A stretch of 64,000 nucleotides of DNA from the NCBI RefSeq assembly GCF_041886205.1, contig NZ_CP169029.1, one strand, 5' to 3'. Below the pieces are notes generated by a model that made no database searches, was not told the DNA's origin, and saw nothing but the letters and a program-made list of their open reading frames with translations. Every line of letters begins with the position of its first letter. Positions within the stretch are counted from its first letter, which is position 1. Positions 10,498 through 21,352 of the stretch are shown piece after piece. Source of the stretch: Escherichia coli (GTDB lineage: Bacteria > Pseudomonadota > Gammaproteobacteria > Enterobacterales > Enterobacteriaceae). Made by a program: the position numbers and the translations under genes.

Positions 10498-10584
10498 TAG
10501 TTGAAGTTGTACTACCCGGCGCAACAACGCCGGGATTTAGTTGCCGTGGAAACTTTCAGCCCATCTCTGCATGGGCTTTTTTCT
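10498..10584 (+). ncRNA. glnZ: glnA 3'UTR, candidate 3'UTR-derived sRNA (GlnZ-like) ending at the glnA terminator
   Basis: 3'UTR with hairpin CCCGGCG..CGCCGGG (10515..10534) and terminator GCCCATCTCTGCATGGGCTTTTTT (10558..10584); sRNA assignment is from literature, not visible in sequence. Confidence 0.35.
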
Positions 10585-10670
10585 CCGTCAATTCTCTGAT
10601 GCTTCGCGCTTTTTATCCGTAAAAAGCTATAATGCACTAAAATGGTGCAACCTGTTCAGGAGACTGCTTT

Positions 10671-11720
10671 ATGGCAACAGGCACGCAGCCCGATGCTGGG
10701 CAGATCCTCAACTCGCTGATTAACAGTATTTTGTTAATCGATGACAACCTGGCGATCCATTACGCCAACCCCGCCGCGCAACAACTGCTCGCCCAAAGCT
10801 CCCGCAAATTGTTTGGTACACCGTTACCGGAACTGTTGAGCTACTTCTCATTAAATATCGAGCTGATGCAAGAAAGTCTGGAGGCGGGGCAAGGTTTTAC
10901 CGATAACGAAGTGACGCTGGTCATCGACGGGCGCTCGCATATCCTTTCTGTGACGGCCCAGCGTATGCCGGACGGCATGATCCTGCTGGAGATGGCACCG
11001 ATGGATAACCAGCGCCGCTTAAGTCAGGAACAGCTACAGCACGCCCAGCAGGTTGCTGCCCGTGATTTAGTGCGCGGCCTGGCACATGAGATTAAAAATC
11101 CGCTTGGCGGTTTACGTGGCGCGGCGCAGCTGCTCAGCAAAGCGTTACCTGACCCATCACTACTCGAATATACCAAAGTGATTATCGAACAGGCGGACCG
11201 GCTGCGAAATCTGGTCGACCGTCTGTTGGGGCCGCAGCTGCCCGGTACGCGCGTTACCGAAAGTATTCACAAAGTGGCTGAACGCGTGGTAACGCTGGTG
11301 TCGATGGAACTGCCGGACAACGTGCGGTTGATTCGTGATTACGATCCCAGCCTGCCGGAACTGGCGCACGACCCGGATCAAATTGAACAGGTCTTGCTGA
11401 ATATTGTGCGCAATGCGCTACAGGCGCTGGGGCCGGAAGGCGGTGAAATCATTCTGCGTACCCGCACCGCGTTTCAACTGACCTTACACGGCGAGCGCTA
11501 CCGGCTGGCGGCGCGAATTGATGTGGAAGATAACGGGCCGGGCATTCCGCCTCATTTGCAGGATACGCTGTTTTACCCGATGGTCAGCGGCCGCGAAGGT
11601 GGCACCGGGCTTGGCTTATCCATCGCCCGTAATTTGATTGATCAGCATTCAGGCAAAATTGAATTTACCAGTTGGCCAGGTCATACCGAGTTCTCGGTTT
11701 ACCTGCCTATCAGGAAATAA
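10671..11720 (+). CDS. glnL: nitrogen-regulation sensor histidine kinase NtrB
   Basis: 349-aa ORF with H-box (..[11 protein letters not shown]..) and ATPase motifs. Confidence 0.95.
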
Positions 11721-11731
11721 AGGTGACGTTT

Positions 11732-13141
11732 ATGCAACGAGGGATAGTCTGGGTAGTCGATGACGATAGTTCCATCCGTTGGGTGCTTGAACGTGCGCTC
11801 GCTGGAGCGGGGTTAACCTGTACGACATTTGAGAACGGCGCGGAAGTACTTGAGGCGCTGGCGAGCAAAACGCCGGATGTGCTGCTTTCAGATATCCGTA
11901 TGCCGGGAATGGACGGGCTGGCACTGCTCAAGCAGATTAAACAGCGCCATCCGATGCTTCCGGTCATCATTATGACCGCACATTCCGATCTGGATGCTGC
12001 CGTCAGCGCCTATCAACAAGGGGCGTTTGATTATCTGCCCAAACCGTTTGATATCGACGAAGCCGTGGCGCTGGTTGAGCGCGCCATCAGTCATTACCAG
12101 GAACAGCAGCAGCCGCGTAATGTTCAGCTTAACGGCCCAACGACCGATATCATCGGCGAAGCGCCAGCCATGCAGGACGTGTTCCGTATTATCGGTCGGC
12201 TTTCGCGTTCTTCTATTAGCGTGCTGATTAACGGCGAATCCGGCACCGGTAAAGAACTGGTCGCTCATGCCCTGCATCGCCACAGTCCGCGAGCCAAAGC
12301 GCCGTTTATCGCGCTGAATATGGCAGCTATCCCAAAAGATTTGATCGAATCAGAACTGTTTGGTCACGAGAAAGGCGCGTTTACCGGCGCGAATACCATT
12401 CGTCAGGGGCGTTTTGAACAGGCTGATGGCGGTACATTATTTCTCGATGAAATTGGCGATATGCCGCTGGATGTGCAGACGCGTTTGCTGCGCGTGCTGG
12501 CAGACGGTCAGTTTTACCGCGTTGGCGGCTATGCGCCGGTGAAAGTGGATGTGCGGATTATCGCTGCCACTCACCAGAATCTCGAACAGCGGGTGCAGGA
12601 AGGTAAGTTCCGTGAGGATCTGTTCCACCGCCTGAACGTTATCCGCGTTCATCTGCCGCCGCTGCGCGAACGTCGGGAAGATATTCCCCGTCTGGCGCGC
12701 CATTTTTTACAGGTTGCCGCGCGCGAACTGGGCGTAGAAGCGAAGTTGCTGCATCCGGAAACCGAAGCCGCGCTGACGCGTCTGGCGTGGCCAGGCAACG
12801 TGCGCCAGCTGGAAAACACCTGCCGCTGGCTAACGGTGATGGCCGCTGGGCAGGAAGTGTTGATTCAGGATTTGCCCGGCGAACTGTTTGAATCAACGGT
12901 TGCGGAGAGTACTTCGCAAATGCAACCGGACAGTTGGGCGACGCTTCTTGCGCAGTGGGCAGACAGAGCGCTGCGTTCCGGTCATCAAAATCTGCTTTCC
13001 GAAGCGCAGCCAGAGCTGGAGCGGACGTTACTGACGACCGCGTTGCGACACACCCAAGGGCATAAACAGGAAGCGGCGCGGCTACTCGGCTGGGGCCGCA
13101 ACACCCTGACGCGTAAGTTAAAAGAGCTGGGGATGGAGTGA
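11732..13141 (+). CDS. glnG: sigma-54-dependent response regulator NtrC
   Basis: 469-aa product from ATG 11732 with SD AAGGTG; receiver domain, AAA+ domain (GESGTGKE) and C-terminal HTH. Confidence 0.95.
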   Translation: MQRGIVWVVDDDSSIRWVLERALAGAGLTCTTFENGAEVLEALASKTPDVLLSDIRMPGMDGLALLKQIKQRHPMLPVIIMTAHSDLDAAVSAYQQGAFDYLPKPFDIDEAVALVERAISHYQEQQQPRNVQLNGPTTDIIGEAPAMQDVFRIIGRLSRSSISVLINGESGTGKELVAHALHRHSPRAKAPFIALNMAAIPKDLIESELFGHEKGAFTGANTIRQGRFEQADGGTLFLDEIGDMPLDVQTRLLRVLADGQFYRVGGYAPVKVDVRIIAATHQNLEQRVQEGKFREDLFHRLNVIRVHLPPLRERREDIPRLARHFLQVAARELGVEAKLLHPETEAALTRLAWPGNVRQLENTCRWLTVMAAGQEVLIQDLPGELFESTVAESTSQMQPDSWATLLAQWADRALRSGHQNLLSEAQPELERTLLTTALRHTQGHKQEAARLLGWGRNTLTRKLKELGME

Positions 13142-13252
13142 TTCACGGCTTGTGTGTAAAGATTGATTATTGAGCGCAAATTGCTGGTATTTTGCGCTTT
13201 ACTGTTCCGATAAGTTCAGTATGATCTTGCCCGGAAAACGGGGAGAGTCATT

Positions 13253-13363
13253 ATGCTGGAATCAATAATTAATCTGGTATCGAGTGGCGCAGTTGACAGC
13301 CACACACCGCAAACTGCCGTTGCTGCCGTGCTGTGTGCCGCGATGATTGGGCTGTTTAGTTGA
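13253..13363 (+). CDS. yshB: small protein YshB (36 aa)
   Basis: ORF MLESIINLVSSGAVDSHTPQTAVAAVLCAAMIGLFS preceded by GGGGAGAG Shine-Dalgarno; absent from the ORF track because of its size. Confidence 0.6.
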   Translation: MLESIINLVSSGAVDSHTPQTAVAAVLCAAMIGLFS

Positions 13364-13378
13364 AGCTCGTTGTTTATG

Positions 13379-13480
<102 letters not shown>

Positions 13481-13562
13481 AAAAGCAATAATTTCAACAG
13501 GTTTTGTTGACCAGCGCATCAGGCAACCTTGTTCTCAGCACATTGATAGCGCCATTCACTAT

Positions 13563-14936
13563 TTAAATCACCCGAGAGAACTGCTGCATCCGCGCTTTCT
13601 GGCGCAGATAGGTATCAAAGCACATGCAAATGTTGCGGATCAGCAAGCGACCTTTCGCCGTCACCTGAATCCCCTTCTCATCGACATCCACCAGCCCATC
13701 TTTTGCTAACGGGGCGAGCAGCTTGAGATCTTCCGCAAAGTAATCAGCGAAGTGCAAATCCCACTGTTTCTCAATAGGGGCGTAATCCAGACGGAAGTTG
13801 CAGATGAGCGACTTAATCACATCGCGGCGAATACAGTCATCACGCGTTAGCGCAATACCACGCCACAGCGCATTGCCTTGTTCATCCACTTGCTGATAGT
13901 ACTGCTTCAACTCTTTCTGGTTCTGCGCGTAGCAGTCGCCAATCATGCTGATGGCGGAAACGCCCATCCCCAGCAGATCGGTATCGCCCTGAGTGGTGTA
14001 GCCCTGGAAGTTACGATGCAGCACGCCTTCACGCTGGGCCACCGCCAGCTCGTCATCCGGACGGGCAAAGTGATCCATACCGATAAACTGATAGCCCGAT
14101 TGCGTCAGGAAGGCGATGGTTTCCTGCAGGATATCGAGTTTTTGCTGCGGACTCGGCAGGTCAGCATCTTTGATTTTGCGCTGAGCAGCAAAAATGGTCG
14201 GCAGATGCGCGTAGTTAAAGACACTCAGACGATCGGGGTTCAGCTCCGCCACACGTTTCAGGGTAAAGGCGAAACTCTCCGGCGTCTGTTTCGGCAGGCC
14301 GTAAATCAGGTCGATGTTGGTGGAGGTAAAACCAATCTCACGCGCATGGTTAAGCAGTGCAAAGATGAACTCTTCATCCTGCTCGCGGTTAACCAGACGT
14401 TGCACTTCTTTGTTGAAGTCCTGCACGCCCATGCTCAGGCGATTAAAGCCTTCGGCGCGTAAATGATCGAGTACATCCAGTTCGATTTCCCGCGGATCGA
14501 CTTCGATCGAAATCTCCGCATCGGCATTGAACTGGAAGTTTTCGCGCAGCAGCTTCATCAGGCGGCTGATTTGCGCTTTATTCAGATACGTCGGCGTTCC
14601 GCCGCCCCAGTGCAATTGGCTGACGTGACGCCCGGCGAACAGCGGTGCACGATGGACGATTTCTTGCTCCAGCGCGTCCAGATACTGATCGGCCTTGTGC
14701 TGCTGGCGAGTAACAATCTTATTGCAACCGCAGAAGTAACAAAGCTTATGGCAGAACGGGATATGTACGTAGAGAGATAATGGACGCTCAGGATAGCGCG
14801 CCACGGCTTGTAAAAACGCCTGTTCGCCGAAGTCTTCTGAAAACTCCAGCGCGGTCGGGTACGAGGTGTATCGTGGCCCGGAATAGTTATATTTCTGGAT
14901 CAGGGCCAGATCCCAGTCGATTTGCTGTACAGACAT
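13563..14936 (-). CDS. hemN: oxygen-independent coproporphyrinogen III oxidase (radical SAM)
   Basis: 457-aa product from MSVQQIDWD; CxxxCxxC motif (HIPFCHKLCYFCGC). Confidence 0.95.
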   Translation of the reverse strand: MSVQQIDWDLALIQKYNYSGPRYTSYPTALEFSEDFGEQAFLQAVARYPERPLSLYVHIPFCHKLCYFCGCNKIVTRQQHKADQYLDALEQEIVHRAPLFAGRHVSQLHWGGGTPTYLNKAQISRLMKLLRENFQFNADAEISIEVDPREIELDVLDHLRAEGFNRLSMGVQDFNKEVQRLVNREQDEEFIFALLNHAREIGFTSTNIDLIYGLPKQTPESFAFTLKRVAELNPDRLSVFNYAHLPTIFAAQRKIKDADLPSPQQKLDILQETIAFLTQSGYQFIGMDHFARPDDELAVAQREGVLHRNFQGYTTQGDTDLLGMGVSAISMIGDCYAQNQKELKQYYQQVDEQGNALWRGIALTRDDCIRRDVIKSLICNFRLDYAPIEKQWDLHFADYFAEDLKLLAPLAKDGLVDVDEKGIQVTAKGRLLIRNICMCFDTYLRQKARMQQFSRVI

Positions 14937-15124
14937 GCTCACTCCTTCCGATGGCGTCTCTGGCGGCTACGGCGTACCGGCGGATGCCCGTTTCGGGTCA
15001 TCAGCCGGTTGCGCAGCCACTTTTGTCGCCGCGACAACCGCTGTAGTTTAACGAATAACCACACCAGATAACATATAACCGGAAGGGTTATCAGCAGAAC
15101 GGGAAGGCCCACGGCGGCAATCCG

Positions 15125-15634
15125 TTAGTTGCCCCGCAGCAGACGCATCATGTCTTCTTGCTTCTCGTCTTCTTCCTCTTCTTCGTCATCGTCATAAGAG
15201 AGGCCGAGTTTCTGCATCAACTCATCAATACGATCCAGTTTAGCATCCACCCAGGATTGCTCTTCGGCACTCAGGGTTTCGCCTGCTTCCAGACGTTCCA
15301 GCAGCGCATCCAGACGCTCATCCGTTTCCAGTAATTCCAACTCCGCCTGCGGTGAAAGCATAGGTTTCTCACTCTTCGGTTTGTGCTGTTTGGTGACTTT
15401 TTCAGTCACGCCCAATGGAATAGGGGTTTTACTGCCAATACGTGGATCTTTTGGTGCGTTCTGGCCTTTGCTGCCTGACGTGGTGTTTCCGCCCGCTGCG
15501 CGGCTGCCCGGCGCATGACCACGACGTTTTTTCTGACGCTTGCGATCACGAGCTTCCTGATCCAGCTCCTCGCGTGTTTTTCGACGCGCTTTTGCATGAC
15601 CTTTGCTGCGTGAGTTTGAAGATGATGGTTTCAT
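15125..15634 (-). CDS. yihI: Der GTPase-activating protein YihI
   Basis: 169-aa product from [13 protein letters not shown]; strongly basic N-terminus and acidic C-terminus. Confidence 0.85.
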   Translation of the reverse strand: MKPSSSNSRSKGHAKARRKTREELDQEARDRKRQKKRRGHAPGSRAAGGNTTSGSKGQNAPKDPRIGSKTPIPLGVTEKVTKQHKPKSEKPMLSPQAELELLETDERLDALLERLEAGETLSAEEQSWVDAKLDRIDELMQKLGLSYDDDEEEEEDEKQEDMMRLLRGN

Positions 15635-15702
15635 AATGGTTCGTCTTTTAGCCGTTTTATTCAGTATAGATTTGCGGCGGAATCTAACAGAAAGCAAGCA
15701 AA

Positions 15703-15945
15703 GAAAAAAGGCGACAGATTACTCTGTCGCCTTTTTTCCTGACTCATAACCCTTAACGGGTCTTACAATCCTTGCAGGCCGCCAACACACCCTGTTTTTC
15801 CTTTAGCCGGAACAATCCGTGTTGATTCCATTTCCGTTTAATTACGTCTCCGGACGTTTGTCTTCCTGACAATCCTCTGTCTTCGCCTCCTGGCGCTCCT
15901 GACCCTCATCCTGAGTCATTGTTCCTGTTAGCGTCCTCGCTCTAT
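15703..15945 (-). ncRNA. csrC: CsrC small RNA (CsrA-sequestering)
   Basis: reverse complement matches CsrC from ATAGAGCGAGGACGC.. to the terminator GGCGACAGAGTAATCTGTCGCCTTTTTT; multiple GGA motifs; between yihI and engB. Confidence 0.85.
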
Positions 15946-16215
15946 GGGTGCTACTTTACGCCTTTGCTTTAAACAAACAATCAACCGCCATCAGTATTTG
16001 CACATTTTCAGAGTTTTATATAAAAGCAATTCACTGATTTATATAGCTTATTTGACATGCATCGCAGAATTTTCTCTGCTATTTCGCATAAAGACTATCG
16101 GCAATGTCTCACAAAGCGTATGGCTTTTACTTACAACGCTCACGCCGAAAAATCCGCCTTTTATTATGGTTCAGGTATAATCGCCACAAAGCTTTGACTG
16201 ACGGAGACGACCGCT

Positions 16216-16848
16216 TTGACTAATTTGAATTATCAACAGACGCATTTTGTGATGAGTGCGCCTGATATTCGCCACCTACCTTCCGATACCGGAATTGAAG
16301 TGGCTTTTGCAGGCCGTTCCAACGCAGGTAAATCCAGTGCGCTGAACACGCTGACTAACCAGAAAAGCCTGGCTCGTACCTCAAAAACCCCAGGGCGCAC
16401 CCAGCTTATCAACCTGTTTGAAGTGGCTGACGGCAAGCGTCTGGTTGACTTGCCTGGGTACGGTTATGCGGAAGTCCCGGAAGAGATGAAGCGCAAATGG
16501 CAGCGTGCGCTCGGCGAATACCTCGAAAAACGTCAGAGCCTGCAAGGTCTGGTGGTGCTAATGGATATTCGCCATCCGCTGAAAGATTTGGATCAGCAGA
16601 TGATTGAGTGGGCGGTAGACAGCAATATCGCCGTTCTGGTGCTGCTGACCAAAGCGGACAAACTGGCAAGCGGCGCACGTAAAGCGCAATTGAATATGGT
16701 GCGTGAAGCTGTACTGGCGTTTAACGGTGATGTGCAGGTTGAAACGTTTTCTTCGTTGAAGAAACAAGGCGTGGACAAGCTGCGGCAGAAACTGGATACC
16801 TGGTTTAGCGAGATGCAGCCTGTAGAAGAAACGCAGGACGGCGAATAA
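16216..16848 (+). CDS. engB: ribosome-biogenesis GTPase EngB/YihA
   Basis: 210-aa ORF with apparent TTG start; G1 motif GRSNAGKSS. Confidence 0.9.
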
Positions 16849-16869
16849 TTTTCTTGCCTTAATGCTTGT

Positions 16870-16950
16870 GCCGGATGTGGCGTATCCGGCCCGTAAATTC
16901 AATAGATTACAATTCTACCGTTGGCCTGATAAACATAGCGCATCAGGCAT
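16870..16950. repeat. REP-like palindromic units downstream of engB
   Basis: GCCGGATGTGGCGTATCCGGC and GCCTGATAAACATAGCGCATCAGGC imperfect palindromes. Confidence 0.5.
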
Positions 16951-16973
16951 TACGGATCTTTTCTTTCGCCCAA

Positions 16974-17082
16974 TAAAAAACGCCCCAGTCATTACTGACT
17001 GGGGCGGCTAAAATATTCAGCCAAATCCGATTACGTGAAGTAAAAGGTCTGAAAGATAGAACATCTTACCTCTGTACCCTAC
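16974..17082 (-). ncRNA. spf: Spot 42 small RNA
   Basis: reverse complement matches Spot 42 (GTAGGGTACAGAGGTAAGATGTTC...) through the terminator CCGCCCCAGTCAGTAATGACTGGGGCGTTTTTTA. Confidence 0.9.
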
Positions 17083-17229
17083 GCGACTAACTTTACTCTT
17101 TTTTGTTCAGTTCAGAAAGCACTTTTTGTAATTTTTTTTCAGTTGTTGCATAGGAATTTCTAATAGCCATCACAAAACGTGACAGCTTATGTTGCTTACT
17201 TACGAAAAAAGGGCATGTTCAGGCGAATC

Positions 17230-20016
17230 TTAGTGCGCCTGATCCCAGTTTTCGCCACTCCCCACTTCCACCAGCAACGGCACATCCAGACGGGTACAGT
17301 TTTCCATCAGTTGATGAATCTGCTTCGCGACGGCATCAACATCATCTTTATGAACTTCAAATACCAGTTCATCGTGTACCTGCATGATCATACGTACACG
17401 CGGTTGCTCAGCCTGTAACCACGCATCAACGGCAATCATCGCCCGTTTGATAATGTCGGCGGCGGTTCCCTGCATTGGCGCGTTAATGGCTGCACGTTCA
17501 GCCGCTGCACGACGAGCACCATTGCTGGATTTGATATCCGGCAGATACAGACGGCGTCCGTCCAGCGTTTCAACGTAGCCCTGCTCTTTCGCCTGAGCAC
17601 GGGTGCGTTCCATATACTCCAGCACGCCAGGGTAGCGTTCGAAGTAAAGGTCCATGTACTTCTGCGCTTCTTTACGTGGAATGTTCAATTGCCGCGCCAG
17701 ACCGAAAGCACTCATGCCATAAATCAGACCAAAGTTGATCGCTTTCGCGCTACGGCGTTGCTCGCTGGTGACGGTTTCCAGTGGCAAACCAAACACTTCT
17801 GCCGCCGTTGCCCGGTGGATATCTTTTCCTTCCGCGAATGCGGTCAGCAAGCCTTTGTCACGCGAAAGATGCGCCATAATGCGCAGTTCAATCTGCGAGT
17901 AGTCCGCTGAGACAATCACATAATCCTCTGGCGCAATAAACGCCTGGCGGATACGACGACCTTCTTCGTTACGCACCGGAATGTTTTGCAGGTTAGGATC
18001 GGTTGACGATAAACGTCCCGTTGCAGTTACTGCCTGGTGATAAGAGGTATGCACACGCCCGGTTTTCGGGTTGATCATCAGCGGCAGCTTGTCGGTGTAG
18101 GTCGATTTCAGCTTCGCCAGACCACGATACTCCAGAATCACTTTTGGCAACGGATAGTCCAGCGCCAGTTCTTCCAGTACCTCTTCCGACGTTGACGGCG
18201 CGCCACCCGGCGTTTTCTTCAGCGGTTTAATGCCCTGTTTTTCAAAGAGAATGGTTTGTAACTGCTTGGTGGAAGAAAGGTTAAATTCCTCACCTGCAAT
18301 TTCATGCGCTTTCTTTTCCAGCTCAGCCAGACGAAGGGTGAGCTCTTCAGAATGATTGTGCAGCACTTTCGGATCGATCTTCACACCGTTACGTTCAATG
18401 CGTGAAAGCACCGGCACCAGCGGCATTTCGATATTCTCGAAGACGTTCAACGGCCCTTTGTGTTTTTGCAGATCCGGCCACATTTTCAGATGCAACTGCA
18501 AGGTGACATCTGCATCTTCGGCGGCGTAACGTCCGGCTTCTTCGAGGGCAATCTGGTTAAAGGTCAGTTGATTTTTGCCTTTACCAGCAATCTCTTCAAA
18601 AGTGATGGTTTTGTGCTTCAACCAACGTTCCGCGAGGCTGTCCATATCGTGACGCCCGGCAACGCTATTGAGAATGTAGGACTCCAGCATGGTATCAAAC
18701 GCAATCCCACGCAGTTCAATGCCGTAGTTCGCCAGAATACCGCGATCGTATTTCAGGTTTTGCCCGACCTTCAGCGCCTTTTCATCTTCCAGCAGCGGTT
18801 TTAGCAACTCGAGTGCACGCTCGCGAGAGATTTGATCGGGCGCATCAAGATAATCATGAGCAACCGGAATATATGCCGCTACGCCTGGCTCGATAGCAAA
18901 AGAAAGCCCGACCAGGTTAGCAGAGATGTTATCAAGGCTGTCGGTTTCGGTATCAAATGCAAATACCGGCGCTTTTTCCAGCTTCGCAATCCACGCTTTC
19001 AGTGTTTCTTCATCAAGGATGGTGACGTAGTTGTCATAAGAAATCACCGTTGCCGTCACTTCTGGCGCTTCGTCTGCAACACTGGTTTCCTGCGGTCTGG
19101 CTGCGGGTTTCGCCCCTTTAGCCTGTAACCATTTGCCCGCTTCGACATCAGCAGTCCAGCGTTTGAACTCATACTTTTTGAACAGCCCCAACAACTCTTC
19201 CGCCGCCGGTTGCTGCACTTCCAGTTGTTCACAGGTCAGCTCCAGTTCAACGTCGGTTTTAATCGTCGCCAGCTGGTATGAGAGATAAGCAACTTCTTTG
19301 TTTTGCTCGAGCTTCGCTGCCATTGTTTTCGCGCCACGGAAGCTCAACCCAGCAATTTTTTCTGGCTCGGCATACAGCGTATCCAGTCCGCCAAGACCTT
19401 GCAGCAATGCCTGCGCGGTTTTTTCACCGACGCCCGGTACGCCAGGGATGTTATCGGAGGAGTCACCCATCAGCGCCAGGAAATCGATGATCAGTTCTGG
19501 CGGCACGCCGTACTTATTCACCACCTCTTCCGGTCCAAGGATGGTATTCGTCATGGTATTGATAAGCGTAATATTTGGCGTCACCAGCTGCGCCATATCT
19601 TTATCGCCAGTGCTGATCAGCACCGGATGCCCGGCTTTTTCGGCTTCGCGCGCCAGAGTACCGATAACGTCGTCCGCTTCTACGCTAGAAACCGCCAGCA
19701 GCGGCAGCCCCATCGCTTTAACCATCGCGTGCAAAGGTTCGATTTGTGCTCGCAGATCGTCCGGCATTGGCGGGCGATGTGATTTGTAATGTTCAAACAG
19801 TTCATCACGAAAGGTTTTTCCCTTGGCGTCAAAGACCACCGCTGCATGCGTCGGTTTATATTGCATGATCAGACTGCGCAGCATGTTGAGGACACCATAC
19901 ATCGCACCGGTCGGCTCGCCTGCGCTGTTAGTCAGCGGAGGAAACGCGTGATATGCGCGATAAAGATAAGATGAACCATCTACAAGGATAAGTGGATTTT
20001 GGGGGATCTGAACCAT
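17230..20016 (-). CDS. polA: DNA polymerase I
   Basis: 928-aa ORF, recognised PolA sequence. Confidence 0.97.
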   Translation of the reverse strand: MVQIPQNPLILVDGSSYLYRAYHAFPPLTNSAGEPTGAMYGVLNMLRSLIMQYKPTHAAVVFDAKGKTFRDELFEHYKSHRPPMPDDLRAQIEPLHAMVKAMGLPLLAVSSVEADDVIGTLAREAEKAGHPVLISTGDKDMAQLVTPNITLINTMTNTILGPEEVVNKYGVPPELIIDFLALMGDSSDNIPGVPGVGEKTAQALLQGLGGLDTLYAEPEKIAGLSFRGAKTMAAKLEQNKEVAYLSYQLATIKTDVELELTCEQLEVQQPAAEELLGLFKKYEFKRWTADVEAGKWLQAKGAKPAARPQETSVADEAPEVTATVISYDNYVTILDEETLKAWIAKLEKAPVFAFDTETDSLDNISANLVGLSFAIEPGVAAYIPVAHDYLDAPDQISRERALELLKPLLEDEKALKVGQNLKYDRGILANYGIELRGIAFDTMLESYILNSVAGRHDMDSLAERWLKHKTITFEEIAGKGKNQLTFNQIALEEAGRYAAEDADVTLQLHLKMWPDLQKHKGPLNVFENIEMPLVPVLSRIERNGVKIDPKVLHNHSEELTLRLAELEKKAHEIAGEEFNLSSTKQLQTILFEKQGIKPLKKTPGGAPSTSEEVLEELALDYPLPKVILEYRGLAKLKSTYTDKLPLMINPKTGRVHTSYHQAVTATGRLSSTDPNLQNIPVRNEEGRRIRQAFIAPEDYVIVSADYSQIELRIMAHLSRDKGLLTAFAEGKDIHRATAAEVFGLPLETVTSEQRRSAKAINFGLIYGMSAFGLARQLNIPRKEAQKYMDLYFERYPGVLEYMERTRAQAKEQGYVETLDGRRLYLPDIKSSNGARRAAAERAAINAPMQGTAADIIKRAMIAVDAWLQAEQPRVRMIMQVHDELVFEVHKDDVDAVAKQIHQLMENCTRLDVPLLVEVGSGENWDQAH

Positions 20017-20139
20017 AATGTCCGTGCCTGTTTATCAGATTATGGGTAAAGGATGCCACAGACAGGATGAAAACATGAGTTTTTCACCGCTTTTCGTGAA
20101 AATCTTTTGTAGATCTTCTGGATCGCTCGCAAATCGTCA

Positions 20140-20148
20140 TGTGGATAA
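20140..20148 (-). promoter_or_regulatory. DnaA box (TTATCCACA) in the polA upstream region; second near-match CTATCCACA at 20281..20289
   Basis: exact 9-mer consensus on the minus strand 124 bp upstream of the polA start. Confidence 0.5.
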
Positions 20149-20379
20149 CTTTGTGCATAAATTATTTACATCGCTTTTAATTTATTATCATGCTTTTTAC
20201 AGCATGATGTTTGTCTTTGTTTTTCATGCAGTTAAAAATAAATCCATCCCTAATAATTGAGATAATGGGATTTTTTCTAATGTGGATAGATATGAATTAT
20301 TTTTCTCCTTAAGGATCATCCGTTATTTGGGTCGTTTTCTGCTAAAATCTGCGCCTTGCGCTTCTTTAGCGCACTGTCT

Positions 20380-21312
20380 ATGGCTAACCTTTTGAATAAA
20401 TTCATTATGACGAGAATACTCGCTGCGATAACCCTTTTGCTGAGTATCGTATTGACCATTTTGGTCACTATTTTTTGTTCCGTCCCGATCATCATTGCCG
20501 GGATTGTAAAACTATTGCTTCCTGTGCCAGTCATTTGGCGAAAGGTTTCGCGTTTTTGTGATTTTATGATGTATTGCTGGTGTGAAGGTCTGGCGGTATT
20601 ACTGCATCTGAACCCACACCTGCAATGGGAAGTTCACGGGCTGGAAGGGTTAAGTAAGAAGAACTGGTATCTGCTTATTTGTAACCACCGTAGTTGGGCA
20701 GATATTGTCGTACTGTGCGTGCTGTTTCGTAAGCACATTCCGATGAATAAATATTTCCTCAAGCAGCAGCTGGCCTGGGTGCCATTTCTTGGCCTGGCGT
20801 GCTGGGCGCTGGATATGCCGTTTATGAAGCGTTATTCCCGCGCTTATTTATTACGTCATCCGGAGCGACGTGGTAAAGATGTTGAAACCACTCGGCGTTC
20901 TTGTGAAAAGTTTCGCCTGCATCCCACCACCATTGTCAATTTCGTTGAAGGCTCCCGTTTCACGCAAGAAAAACATCAGCAAACCCACTCCACTTTTCAA
21001 AACTTGTTGCCACCAAAGGCGGCAGGCATTGCGATGGCGCTAAATGTGCTGGGTAAACAATTCGATAAACTGCTTAATGTTACGCTGTGTTATCCGGACA
21101 ATAACCGTCAGCCGTTCTTCGATATGTTAAGCGGTAAACTGACGCGGATTGTCGTACATGTGGATTTACAGCCTATTGCCGATGAGTTACATGGCGACTA
21201 CATCAATGACAAAAGCTTTAAGCGCCATTTTCAGCAATGGCTGAACTCACTGTGGCAGGAAAAAGACCGACTTCTGACGTCTCTCATGTCATCACAGCGT
21301 CAGAATAAGTAA
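20380..21312 (+). CDS. yihG: membrane-anchored acyltransferase (PlsC/LPLAT family)
   Basis: 310-aa product from MANLLNKF; N-terminal transmembrane segment and H(x4)D-like motif (NHRSWAD). Confidence 0.85.
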   Translation: MANLLNKFIMTRILAAITLLLSIVLTILVTIFCSVPIIIAGIVKLLLPVPVIWRKVSRFCDFMMYCWCEGLAVLLHLNPHLQWEVHGLEGLSKKNWYLLICNHRSWADIVVLCVLFRKHIPMNKYFLKQQLAWVPFLGLACWALDMPFMKRYSRAYLLRHPERRGKDVETTRRSCEKFRLHPTTIVNFVEGSRFTQEKHQQTHSTFQNLLPPKAAGIAMALNVLGKQFDKLLNVTLCYPDNNRQPFFDMLSGKLTRIVVHVDLQPIADELHGDYINDKSFKRHFQQWLNSLWQEKDRLLTSLMSSQRQNK

Positions 21313-21318
21313 GTTTTA

Positions 21319-21348
21319 CTCGCCTCTGAATGAGCAGAGGCGAGTGAG
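21319..21348. terminator. bidirectional hairpin between convergent yihG and yihF (CTCGCCTCTG-aatgag-CAGAGGCGAG)
   Basis: 10-bp perfect inverted repeat in the 40-bp convergent spacer. Confidence 0.5.
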
Positions 21349-21352
21349 TATT

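Noticed and set aside
9514-10527. 337-aa minus-strand ORF antisense to glnA
   Set aside because: Lies entirely within the recognised glnA coding region on the opposite strand; a typical shadow ORF
11672-11731. 60-nt upstream extension of glnG (489-aa version)
   Set aside because: It would overlap the glnL 3' end; ATG 11732 has a proper SD and gives the canonical 469-aa NtrC
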